Assembly (NCBI GenBank): GCA_001871415.1
Contig: MNWW01000029.1
Span: forward strand, 1-36,050
Source of the DNA: Candidatus Woesearchaeota archaeon CG1_02_57_44
GTDB taxonomy: Archaea > Nanobdellota > Nanobdellia > Woesearchaeales > CG1-02-57-44
Reading direction: 5' to 3'
DNA length: 36,050 nucleotides
Both the position numbers and the translations under genes were made by a program. Shown here one piece after another: positions 26,210 to 35,003 of this stretch (position 1 is its first letter; every line of letters begins with the position of its first letter). The notes beneath the pieces are model-generated. The model was not told the DNA's origin. It ran no database searches and saw only the letters and a list, made by a program, of their open reading frames with translations.

Positions 26210-28471
26210 ATGCCTGAAGGCTACGACATCCTGCACGAGGGTGAGGACGTCATATTGCGCATCGACGCTGAAAAAGCGGCGTATGTCCCGAGCCTGGAGG
26301 ACTCAGCGCTCTGTATGGGGGACACGGTAGAGAAACTCGCTGAGGCGGGACGCGTCACGAAAATTGTCTTCACGCAGAAACGGGATTACGAGTATGACCA
26401 GACGCAGACCGAGATGCTGATGGAGATAGCCAAGCTCTACAATCAACTCATACGGCAGAAGAATATGCTGGGCTACTACGCGCTCGTCATGCCCGGCTGC
26501 GAGAACTACGCGAACGCGCGTTACAATGAATTGCAGCAGGTGGTCTTTCAGCTGCTCAAGAGCGACCCTCTTGGCTGCTATGTGGAGCTCAAACGCATCT
26601 ATCGCCATGAACGCATCAGCGCCGCCAAGAGCTTCAGCGAGCAGGAGGCGGCCTGCATCAAAAAGTACATCGGTGTGCTGCGTTATCTGCTTGGGCAGCT
26701 GGACGCGACCAAGCTCATCCAGATGGCCAAGAGTCTGCTCGGAGGCTATCAGATGGGCAATAGGGATCCTTATCAGAAACTCTTCTCGCCCAGCATCAAG
26801 CCTGATTTCATGTTCACCAAGCTCATGGCGACGTATCCTGCGGACGCTGAAGAGCTGGACACCTATATCATTGACGATACTGAAGTCTCCATCTTCTCCC
26901 TGCCCGACAGCATCCAAAGCCTCTATCATATCATACCGCCGGAATTCAAGCTCACGGAGGACAAATACGACCTGCTGGATATCGCGCGCAAGATAATGAG
27001 CGAGCACAAGCCCAAGCGCGCCGAATTCACTGATCCCAAACGCATGCGTGAGGTCTTTGGCAATGTCGGTCATGACCTGCTCGAGGAGCTCGCGGGCTAT
27101 CGCAACCTGCGTCTGCGGGAAAAGGAGCTTGATCAGCTGACGCAGATACTGGTGCGCTATACGGTCGGCTTCGGTCTCATCGAGGTCATCCTCAAGGACG
27201 AGCTGGTCCAAGACATCACCATCAACAGCCCTATGGGCCGCATCCCCATCTTCCTGGTCCACGCCAAGTTCGACGACTGCATCACCAATATCGTCCCGAC
27301 GGAAGGCGAGGCTGAATCCTGGGCGTCAAAGCTTCGCCTGATGTCTGGAAGGCCCCTTGACGAGGCGAATCCCATCCTGGACACGGAGCTTGAGCTGCCA
27401 GGAGCGCGCGCGCGCGTCGCGGTCATATCAGAACCCCTGAATCCTACAGGTCTGGCCTACGCGTTCCGTCGTCACAGGGACAAGCCCTGGACCTTGCCTT
27501 TATTCATGAAGGCGCGTATGATAAACGCGCTGGGCGCGGGGCTCATGAGCTTCCTCATCGACGGCAGCCGCACCCTGCTCGTCGCAGGAACACGCAGCGC
27601 TGGTAAGAGCTCGTTGCTCGGCAGCGTGCTGGTGGAGATCATGCGCAAGTATCGTATCCTCACTATCGAGGATACGCTCGAGTTGCCAACCACCGCATTG
27701 CGCAATCTTGGCTATAACATCCAACCCCTGAAAGTCGCGTCAGCCCTCACCAAGGGCAGCAGCGAGGTCTCCGCGGACGAGGGCATCAGGACCACGCTGC
27801 GCATGGGTGACTCCTGCCTCATCGTCGGCGAAGTCAGAAGCACGGAGGCCGCGGCGCTCTATGAGGCCATGCGCGTGGGCGCGCTGGCTAACGTTGTGGC
27901 GGGCACTATCCATGGCGACTCGCCCTACGGCGTCTATGATCGCGTGGTCAATGACCTGAAGGTACCGCGCACGAGTTTCAAGGCCACGGACATCATCATG
28001 GTGGCCAATCCCCTGCGTAGCCCTGACGGTCTGCACAGGTGGCGGCGCGTCACCCAGATAAGCGAGGTGCGCAAGAAGTGGGAAGATGACCCGCTCATCG
28101 AAGGAGGGTTTGTCGATCTCATGAAATACGATTCCCTCACGGATGAGCTGCAGCCCAGCACGGACCTGATGAACGGCGACTCTGACATCCTCAAGAGCAT
28201 CGCCGCCAATGTCAAGGAGTGGTCTGGCAACTGGGACGCTGTCTGGGGCAATGTGATGCTGCGTGCCGATATCAAGCAGGACCTGCTCGACCTCTCCGAG
28301 AAGGCGAAGAACCCGGAGATGCTCGAGGCGCCCTTCGTCATCCAGGGCAATGACCAGTTCCATCGCATCAGCTACAAGGTGCTTGAAGAGACCGGAGGCC
28401 TTGAGCCCAAACGCATCCGTTTTGAGTGGAACGATTGGCTCAAGGACGCGGCGAAGAAGACGTTCAAGTGA
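26210..28471 (+). CDS. Type IV pilus / type II-IV secretion ATPase (PilB/ArlI/TadA-VirB11 family) with a long N-terminal region
   Basis: Walker A AGTRSAGKSS, Asp box TIEDTLEL, LRMGD, Walker B LIVGEVR and His box GTIHG. ATG 26210 has GGAGG 9 nt upstream. Confidence 0.92.
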   Translation: MPEGYDILHEGEDVILRIDAEKAAYVPSLEDSALCMGDTVEKLAEAGRVTKIVFTQKRDYEYDQTQTEMLMEIAKLYNQLIRQKNMLGYYALVMPGCENYANARYNELQQVVFQLLKSDPLGCYVELKRIYRHERISAAKSFSEQEAACIKKYIGVLRYLLGQLDATKLIQMAKSLLGGYQMGNRDPYQKLFSPSIKPDFMFTKLMATYPADAEELDTYIIDDTEVSIFSLPDSIQSLYHIIPPEFKLTEDKYDLLDIARKIMSEHKPKRAEFTDPKRMREVFGNVGHDLLEELAGYRNLRLREKELDQLTQILVRYTVGFGLIEVILKDELVQDITINSPMGRIPIFLVHAKFDDCITNIVPTEGEAESWASKLRLMSGRPLDEANPILDTELELPGARARVAVISEPLNPTGLAYAFRRHRDKPWTLPLFMKARMINALGAGLMSFLIDGSRTLLVAGTRSAGKSSLLGSVLVEIMRKYRILTIEDTLELPTTALRNLGYNIQPLKVASALTKGSSEVSADEGIRTTLRMGDSCLIVGEVRSTEAAALYEAMRVGALANVVAGTIHGDSPYGVYDRVVNDLKVPRTSFKATDIIMVANPLRSPDGLHRWRRVTQISEVRKKWEDDPLIEGGFVDLMKYDSLTDELQPSTDLMNGDSDILKSIAANVKEWSGNWDAVWGNVMLRADIKQDLLDLSEKAKNPEMLEAPFVIQGNDQFHRISYKVLEETGGLEPKRIRFEWNDWLKDAAKKTFK

Positions 28472-28651
28472 GGCAAGACGCGAATCACTATCACAGGAAA
28501 CACATCCACAGAAGATCTGGGCCGATAGGGGATACGTTTCCTATCAAAAAAGAGGCGCATACGGTGAACAAAGAGGTGATGGCAGCTGTTGCAGGAGTGG
28601 CGACAGCCCTGTCGGCTATTGAGGGATGGTCCGTCGCCAGGAGGATGGCGC

Positions 28652-29263
28652 ATGCAGTCTGACGAGCACATCCTGCATTACATCGCGCAGCAGCTGCGCG
28701 ACGGTGAGGATCCTGCCCAGGTGCGTGAGTTCCTGCGCAGCAGGCATATCCCCCTGGTCACTATCAGGCGATTGTTCGCAGAAGCAGAGCAAGCTGTTGA
28801 ATTCGAGACAGCGACTGCGAAGCATCACAGCACCGCGCTCTTTGACGTGGCTTTGCTCATCTTATTCCTCTACAATATCCTCCTGCAGGCGCTGAGTACG
28901 CTCGCCATCGCGGTCAATGGGTGGCTCGCTTTCATCGCCTTGCCGCTGGGTATGTGCTTTGGTTATCTCGCATCGCACCTGCTGCATCGCACTGGCGCGG
29001 GACCCACCCGTATCGCCCGGTTGGGATTCCTGCTGTTTCCGTCGTCGCTGCCTTTTGTGCTGTTCCTTCCTGCATTGTTCGTGCAGTATTCCCTGGCCTA
29101 CGCGTACCTCGCCATGGTGCTCTACTACTTCGGCATGAACGGGATGTTTCTGCGCTTTCATCAGCGCAGCGAGCATGACCTGCGCACTGTCCGGCATCTG
29201 GCGCTCGAGGGACTGACATTCATCATGTTGCTCGCAGCGCTGCTCACGGCGGTGATCCTGTGA
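28652..29263 (+). CDS. Membrane protein with an N-terminal cytoplasmic helical module and ~5 TM segments
   Basis: AGGAGG precedes ATG 28652. The sequence ILHYIAQQLRDGEDPAQVREFL is followed by hydrophobic segments, and the stop overlaps the next start (GTGA). Confidence 0.78.
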   Translation: MQSDEHILHYIAQQLRDGEDPAQVREFLRSRHIPLVTIRRLFAEAEQAVEFETATAKHHSTALFDVALLILFLYNILLQALSTLAIAVNGWLAFIALPLGMCFGYLASHLLHRTGAGPTRIARLGFLLFPSSLPFVLFLPALFVQYSLAYAYLAMVLYYFGMNGMFLRFHQRSEHDLRTVRHLALEGLTFIMLLAALLTAVIL

Positions 29264-31470
29264 ACCAGGACGACATCAACCTCCTGCTGGAGCGTTACAA
29301 GCAGAAGATAGAGACTGAACTCGCGAGAGACAAGCAAGGCGATGTGGCCGGCCAGGCGCCTATCCAGACGCGTAACTACCAGGACTTCAAGGAGGAGGTG
29401 CTCAGCAGCAGGCACACGTTCTATGAACGGCTGTGCAATGGCTGCGAGCGTATCATCAAACCGCAGGTGTCAGCCAAACGCCGTGGGCCCATTGTCGATG
29501 CCATCGAGAACGCGCATCTGTCCATCACCCCTGAAGGAGCTGCCAGCCTCGCGCTCATCGCGCCGTTGACCATCATCCTGCTGGGGCTTTTTTTCTTTGG
29601 CATGCTGCCCTTGCTCTTTGGCAGCGCGCCCCAGATGTTCTTTGTCGTCATGACTCTGCTCACTGGCGCGGGCATCGCGCTTCCGTTGGCTAACATGCCC
29701 TTGACTATCGCTAATAGCTACCGACTGAAGGCGAGCAACCAGATGGTGCTGTGCATCTTCTACGTGGTCACGCACATGCGCCACAATAGCAACCTCGAGC
29801 TCGCTGTCGACTTCGCGTCCGAGCACATCGGGCCGCCGCTGAGCCTTGACATGAAGAAAGTGCTCTGGAATGTCGAGACTGGCAAATATGATACGATCAA
29901 GGAGGCGCTGGAAGTATATCTTGACGGCTGGAAGAAATGGAACCTTGAGTTCGTCGAATCATTCAATCTCATCATCTCGTCGCTGTATGAGAACAGCGAG
30001 GAGCGCAGGCTCAACGCGCTGGACAAGTCGCTCACCATCATCCTGGAGGAGACGTACGAGAAGATGCTGCATTACGCGCAGAACCTGCAGAACCCCATGA
30101 ATATGCTCACCATGCTGGGTATCATGCTCCCTATCATGGGGCTGGTCATATTGCCGCTCGCGCTTAATTTCCTCAGCAGCATCAAGTGGTATCACATCAT
30201 GGCCATCTATGATGTGCTGCTGCCTGCCATCGTCTACCTCTATGGCATCAGCATCCTCAACACAAGACCGACGGGCTATGGCGAGACGGACATCTCTGAA
30301 TCCAATCCTGAATTCGCCAAGTACAAGAACATCGTGCTGCACATCGGCGGCAGGGAGGTGCTGGTCAGCCCAGCCATGGTCTCGCTGATGGTGTTTGGTG
30401 TGCTCCTGTTCATCGGCCTGCTGCCATTGCTGCTGGGAAGAATCATCCCGCAGCAGACGCTGCTGAATGAAGGGTTCATCATCGAGAGCATGCGCATGAA
30501 GTTCCTCGGCTACAAGCTGACCAATGAGCCAGGCAAGTCCTTCATGGTCGGACCCTATGGCATCGGCGCGTCCGTGCTCAGCCTCTTTGTCACGTTGTCG
30601 CTGGGGATCTCGCTTGGCATGTACTTTCGCAACCGCTCGCGCAACCTCATGAAGATACGCGAGAACAGCAAGAAGCTCGAGTCAGAATTCGCGTCGTCGC
30701 TCTTCCAGCTCGGAAACCGGCTGGGCGACAACATCCCCGCGGAGATAGCGTTCCAGAAAGTGGCGGACGTCATGGAAGGCACCACGTCCGGGGATTTCTT
30801 CAAGGTCGTGAGCATGAACATACGGCGGCTTGGCATGGGCCTAAAGGCGGCGATCTTTGATCCCCGCATCGGAGCGCTCGTCTATTTTCCATCGGATCTC
30901 ATCAAGAGCAGTATGAAGGTGCTCGTGGAGAGCGCGCGCAAGGGGCCTGTCATCGCCAGCCAGGCGCTCATATCGGTCAGCGAGTATCTCAAGGAGATGC
31001 ATCGCATCGACGAGCGCCTCAAGGATCTGCTCGCGGAGATAATCAGCGGCATGAAGAGCCAGACCAGCTTCATGGCCCCTGCCATCTCAGGCATCGTCGT
31101 GGGCATCACCAGCATGATAACCTTCATCCTCGCTGAGCTCGGCACGCTCATGAGCGACCTGGGCAAGGAGCAGGCAGCGGCAGGCGGGCAGTCCATGGCA
31201 GGGCTGCAGATATTCGGGAACGCTGATCCTATCCCCACCTACTACTTCCAGCTCATCGTCGGCATCTATATCGTGCAGCTGGTCTATATCCTCACGGTCA
31301 TGCAGAACGGCATCGAGAACGGCGCGGACAAGCTCAACGAGCGCCACCTGCTCGGGCAGAACATGATCCGCTCCGTAGTGCTCTACTGCATATTGGTCCT
31401 TATCGTCATGTTCATCTTCAACTCCATCGCAGGCAAGATACTGGCGAGCACTGCGCTGGCCGCAGGATGA
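29260..31470 (+). CDS. Type II secretion system F-family platform protein (TadC/ArlJ/PilC-like, two T2SSF-type halves)
   Basis: Two cytoplasmic helical domains (HMRHNSNLELAV...GPPLSLDMKK; SSLFQLGNRLGDNIPAEIAF), each followed by TM bundles. It lies downstream of the secretion ATPase. Confidence 0.85.
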   Translation: MNQDDINLLLERYKQKIETELARDKQGDVAGQAPIQTRNYQDFKEEVLSSRHTFYERLCNGCERIIKPQVSAKRRGPIVDAIENAHLSITPEGAASLALIAPLTIILLGLFFFGMLPLLFGSAPQMFFVVMTLLTGAGIALPLANMPLTIANSYRLKASNQMVLCIFYVVTHMRHNSNLELAVDFASEHIGPPLSLDMKKVLWNVETGKYDTIKEALEVYLDGWKKWNLEFVESFNLIISSLYENSEERRLNALDKSLTIILEETYEKMLHYAQNLQNPMNMLTMLGIMLPIMGLVILPLALNFLSSIKWYHIMAIYDVLLPAIVYLYGISILNTRPTGYGETDISESNPEFAKYKNIVLHIGGREVLVSPAMVSLMVFGVLLFIGLLPLLLGRIIPQQTLLNEGFIIESMRMKFLGYKLTNEPGKSFMVGPYGIGASVLSLFVTLSLGISLGMYFRNRSRNLMKIRENSKKLESEFASSLFQLGNRLGDNIPAEIAFQKVADVMEGTTSGDFFKVVSMNIRRLGMGLKAAIFDPRIGALVYFPSDLIKSSMKVLVESARKGPVIASQALISVSEYLKEMHRIDERLKDLLAEIISGMKSQTSFMAPAISGIVVGITSMITFILAELGTLMSDLGKEQAAAGGQSMAGLQIFGNADPIPTYYFQLIVGIYIVQLVYILTVMQNGIENGADKLNERHLLGQNMIRSVVLYCILVLIVMFIFNSIAGKILASTALAAG

Positions 31471-31525
31471 GCGGCTGCAGGATGGTGGCAGAGGATGAGG
31501 GGTGCAGGATGAGCGGCTACAGGAT
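31462..31525 (+). repeat. 22-bp direct repeat pair (21/22 identical, 42-bp spacing) spanning the platform gene stop
   Basis: GCAGGATGAGCGGCTGCAGGAT at 31462-31483 and GCAGGATGAGCGGCTACAGGAT at 31504-31525. Confidence 0.85.
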
Positions 31526-33286
31526 ATCCTTGCATCGGGCGTATATCTTTTAAGCAGTGTTGTACTCCACCAGGGCATGGGGTCGCGAGGGCATGCGGGG
31601 CACGAAGATAACTCTTCGCGCTCCCGGCACATCCAGAACCATGCAAGCGCTGATGACAGCGATATCGCACCCGGTGACGCTGTCGTGCAGCTGCATCTGT
31701 TCCCGCTGTTTCCTATCCTTTTGCTCTGTGTGCTGGTCTTCACGCTAGTGTACTCGCCGCATCTGCATTATCCCTATCCGTTGCATATCGATGAGTGGCA
31801 TCACATCACAGAAGCATACTTCTTACGGGACGGGGGTTATTCCTTCTCCAGTCCATCGGCGCTGGAGTTTGGATTCCACGCCTGGCTGTGGCTGCTCTCC
31901 TTCGTCTTCGACCTGGTCAAGCTCTATGCCTTCCTGCCGGCGCTCGCGGCAGTGCTGTCTTCTCTCGTCCTGTATGTGATGATGTCGCGTGTGATGGGAC
32001 GAGCCGGCGCGACAAGCAAGGCCTCGCGGCAGGCAGGTATGTTGCGGCCTGATCTGTTGCGGCCAGGTCCGTCGCAGACAGGTATGTCGCGGACGGGCGT
32101 GTGGTACGGCCTTGCGGCAATGCTCTGCTTCGCGGCGTTGCGCAGCAACGTGTACGTCATGGGTCTCTGGTTCTATTCCCCTATGACTGCGGTCATCCCT
32201 TTGTTGTTTCTGCTCATCTATCTGCTTGCATGGCATGCGCGCGAACCGGCTGACGGTCGTCGCATCTGGTTGGTCTTGTTCCTGTATAGTATCATCGCGG
32301 TCGTGCATCCGTTGTCTGCGTCGTTCTTGCTTCCGATCCTTGTTCTCTGGTACGCGCTTCGCCGCGACCTGTTCGTCCGTGACGGTAATGCCCTGACGGT
32401 GGGAGCTGTCGTCGGGATCTGCATCGCCATGGCGATGCTTTGGCAGGGAACCACCTCGCTTACGCTGCGCAGACTCTTTGGTATGCTGGTGTTCCCTAAT
32501 TCCTGGGGGGTGCTCAATAGGCATATACCCCTCATGGAACTGTATCCTCTTGTCCTTCTGGCGCTGGCGGTAGTGGGCGCTGTGGTGTTGCTATGGAGCC
32601 GACAGCGCACGCGTGAGCATCTGCTCCTGTTGCTGTGGCCTGGCGTGCTGCTGGCGCAGAAGGTGGCGGCAGACCACCTGCAGTGGAGTGTGTTCGTCCC
32701 GTACCAGCGCCTTGTGTATTATCTCATATTAGGGCTGGTCCCCCTGAGCGCCATGGGGTTGGTGTTCCTTTCGCGCACCCTGCATCGCAGCTTGCGGAGA
32801 GCTGGGCGAGGACAATGGGGCTTGCCTGCAGCCACGCTATTGCTCATCTTGGTCTGCTTTTTTTCATTCCGCGGCTATGGACAGATCGATTCCCAGGTAG
32901 GCTTGTATCATCTCATCGATGACGCGGGTTACCATGCGCTGCTCTATCTGCGCGGTCTTCCTGGCAGCAGCGCCCTTGCTAGGCCTGAACTAGGCACCAC
33001 GCTCTATCCAGTCGCGCGCAAGCAGGGCTTTGGCAGCATGTACTTCTACGGCGATCGGGGGTTTGTGGAGCGCTTCTTCACCAAGGGCTGCACCGGAATG
33101 CAGAATGATATCGCGTGGACGCACGCGGACTACGTCATCAGTGAAGATGCGATAGACTGCGGATGGGAGCTGGTGTACGGGCCTGATGCGTCAGGGGGCG
33201 CAGGGGGCCCCGATGCGGTCTCTGTGCCTTCTGATGGCGCGACAGCACCATTCATCTACCGCACAACTCTTTTGAACAATAGCTGA
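31502..33286 (+). CDS. Polytopic membrane protein, probable GT-C-fold glycosyltransferase (start uncertain, likely downstream)
   Basis: The first TM is followed by YPLHIDEWHH (an acidic DE pair in the first external loop), then more than 10 TMs, a late YQRL loop and a C-terminal soluble domain. There is no WWDYG motif, so it is not AglB. Confidence 0.6.
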   Translation: MQDERLQDILASGVYLLSSVVLHQGMGSRGHAGHEDNSSRSRHIQNHASADDSDIAPGDAVVQLHLFPLFPILLLCVLVFTLVYSPHLHYPYPLHIDEWHHITEAYFLRDGGYSFSSPSALEFGFHAWLWLLSFVFDLVKLYAFLPALAAVLSSLVLYVMMSRVMGRAGATSKASRQAGMLRPDLLRPGPSQTGMSRTGVWYGLAAMLCFAALRSNVYVMGLWFYSPMTAVIPLLFLLIYLLAWHAREPADGRRIWLVLFLYSIIAVVHPLSASFLLPILVLWYALRRDLFVRDGNALTVGAVVGICIAMAMLWQGTTSLTLRRLFGMLVFPNSWGVLNRHIPLMELYPLVLLALAVVGAVVLLWSRQRTREHLLLLLWPGVLLAQKVAADHLQWSVFVPYQRLVYYLILGLVPLSAMGLVFLSRTLHRSLRRAGRGQWGLPAATLLLILVCFFSFRGYGQIDSQVGLYHLIDDAGYHALLYLRGLPGSSALARPELGTTLYPVARKQGFGSMYFYGDRGFVERFFTKGCTGMQNDIAWTHADYVISEDAIDCGWELVYGPDASGGAGGPDAVSVPSDGATAPFIYRTTLLNNS

Positions 33287-33298
33287 CTCCCCTCTTCT

Positions 33299-33847
33299 AT
33301 GGAGCCTCTGGTGCATCTCTTCCTGCCGGTGATGCTGGTGCTGGCGCTCTACCCCCGCATGGAGAAGCGGCTGGTCTGGGGGCTCTGCTTCCTCACGGTG
33401 ATCCCGGACCTGGATGTGGTCGTAGGGCATCGCAGCTTGCTGCACAACCTGCTCTTTGTCCTCCTTGTGGCTGGAGGCATCTGGCTCGCGGGCAGGAAGA
33501 CCATGGGTGAAGAGCGCGCGCGCATCGCGTCCTACCTGGCGCTCTTCTATCTCGGCTCGCACCTGCTGCTGGATATCGGCTCGCCAGGCGTCCCATTGTT
33601 CTATCCATTTTCTGACCACCTGTACGGGTTCAATTTCTATCTGCTGACCACTGCGGTCAACGGGCTGGGCAATGGGCTTGGCCTGCGGGCGCAAGGATCG
33701 ATAATCAATAATCCCTTGCAGGCGGCAACAGCCATGACCGATGCGCCCGCAGTGACCACGCTGGGCGTCGTGCTGGTAGTGCTCGTGCTGCTGCTCCTCG
33801 TGGGCAGAAAGTTATTTAAGGAACGGAGAGCCCCTCCAAAGCCATAG
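33299..33847 (+). CDS. Membrane-bound metal-dependent hydrolase (YdjM-like)
   Basis: N-terminal His followed by IPDLD, HRSLLHN, SHLLLD and GVPLFYPF motifs between TM helices. Confidence 0.88.
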   Translation: MEPLVHLFLPVMLVLALYPRMEKRLVWGLCFLTVIPDLDVVVGHRSLLHNLLFVLLVAGGIWLAGRKTMGEERARIASYLALFYLGSHLLLDIGSPGVPLFYPFSDHLYGFNFYLLTTAVNGLGNGLGLRAQGSIINNPLQAATAMTDAPAVTTLGVVLVVLVLLLLVGRKLFKERRAPPKP

Positions 33848-33910
33848 GGGGGCATCTGAACACGTCGCATTGGTCAGTGCCCCTGGTATAATGAGCCATG
33901 GTTGAATAGC

Positions 33911-34717
33911 ATGCAAACGAGCCGTCTGGAGTTCCAGGACCGCATCGAATATATCCCCCTGGAGCATCTCCGCTATGCGCCGGGGAGGATACGCCAGCGA
34001 ATCAACCCGGAAGACGTGCGGAGCCTAGCCAGGACCTTCCAGACCTTTGGCATGATGCAGCCTCTGGAGGTCAATGAGCGCGATGAGGTCATCCTCGGCA
34101 CGAGGCGTCTAGCGGCGGCTAAGCTCGTCGGCCTCTCACCTATCCCGGTCATCCGGCGCAGCGTGCCTGAGCTCTACTCCCTCGAGAAGCAGCTGGTCTC
34201 TGATCTGCACACCAGGCATCTCACGATACTGGAACGCGCGCATGCGTTCCAAAACCTCCTGGAGCTCACCGGCATGAGCAAGTACGCGCTGGCCAAATAC
34301 CTCAGCCTCTCGTCGAATCTCATCTGCAGGACACTCGCTATCCTCAAGGCCAACCCCACGACCATCGCGCTGATGGAGGAGGGCAAGATAAGCCAGCGCA
34401 CCGTGACTTCGGTGCTCTACCGGCTCAAGGACAAGAGCAAGGAGGACTGGCTGATAGGCAAGATAATCCGCGAGAAGCTGACGGTTCGTCAAGCCGAGCA
34501 GCTGGTGGCGGAGATCAATGATACAGCCATACTCGCGAAGCATTTCATGCGTCATGTGCGCAGCTTCCGCACGAGTGTCACACACTTCCAGGAGAAGCAG
34601 CATGCGGTAGGCCTTGAGCCCTGCGAGCGCGCGCTCATGGAGAAAGAGCTCTCGCTCACCCTTGACCTGCTAAGAGAGACGCGCAAAGGCATCGCGTCGC
34701 CTGCCCGCGAAGGTTGA
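33911..34717 (+). CDS. ParB/Spo0J-family protein (ParB N domain + HTH), divergent, with no adjacent parA
   Basis: Contains LARTFQTFGMMQPLEV, ILGTRRLAAAKLVG..IPVI, LTILERAHAF, the HTH MSKYALAKYLSLSSNLICRTL, and LTVRQAEQLV. Confidence 0.82.
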   Translation: MQTSRLEFQDRIEYIPLEHLRYAPGRIRQRINPEDVRSLARTFQTFGMMQPLEVNERDEVILGTRRLAAAKLVGLSPIPVIRRSVPELYSLEKQLVSDLHTRHLTILERAHAFQNLLELTGMSKYALAKYLSLSSNLICRTLAILKANPTTIALMEEGKISQRTVTSVLYRLKDKSKEDWLIGKIIREKLTVRQAEQLVAEINDTAILAKHFMRHVRSFRTSVTHFQEKQHAVGLEPCERALMEKELSLTLDLLRETRKGIASPAREG

Positions 34718-34895
34718 TGTCCTCTCAGGATATGCGCATCTCCCTGCATGGTTGTCTTATTCAATATGGCGTCGACACGATGATCTCTGACGCGGTCCCT
34801 TGTGTCTCTTTGGTGTGTCCCCGAGATAGCGTCCTGCTGCTTTCTACCATCATCGAGAGCGGCAGAGCTGTATCGGGGCGAGGCAAGGGGATGCA

Positions 34896-35000
34896 GTATC
34901 AGGATGCGATACGAGAGTGTCAGGACAAGGGATGAGGGTGTCAGGGTAAGATATGCGGGTATCAGATTAAGAGCGACGGGTATCAGGATATAAGGGACTG
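34896..35000 (+). repeat. Five imperfect tandem repeats with an exact 21-bp period (core GTRTCAGG)
   Basis: Cores start at 34896 GTATCAGG, 34917 GTGTCAGG, 34938 GTGTCAGG, 34959 GTATCAGA and 34980 GTATCAGG. Confidence 0.85.
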
Positions 35001-35003
35001 TCG

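Noticed and set aside
28564..28662. Small hydrophobic ORF (VNKEVMAAVAGVATALSAIEGW...) as a possible pilin
   Set aside because: It has no class III signal-peptide cleavage motif, is very short and has only weak start signals.
31502..33286. Oligosaccharyltransferase AglB
   Set aside because: It lacks the WWDYG motif.
34896..35000. CRISPR array
   Set aside because: A 21-bp total period is too short for repeat plus spacer, the linkers resemble each other, and there are no cas genes.
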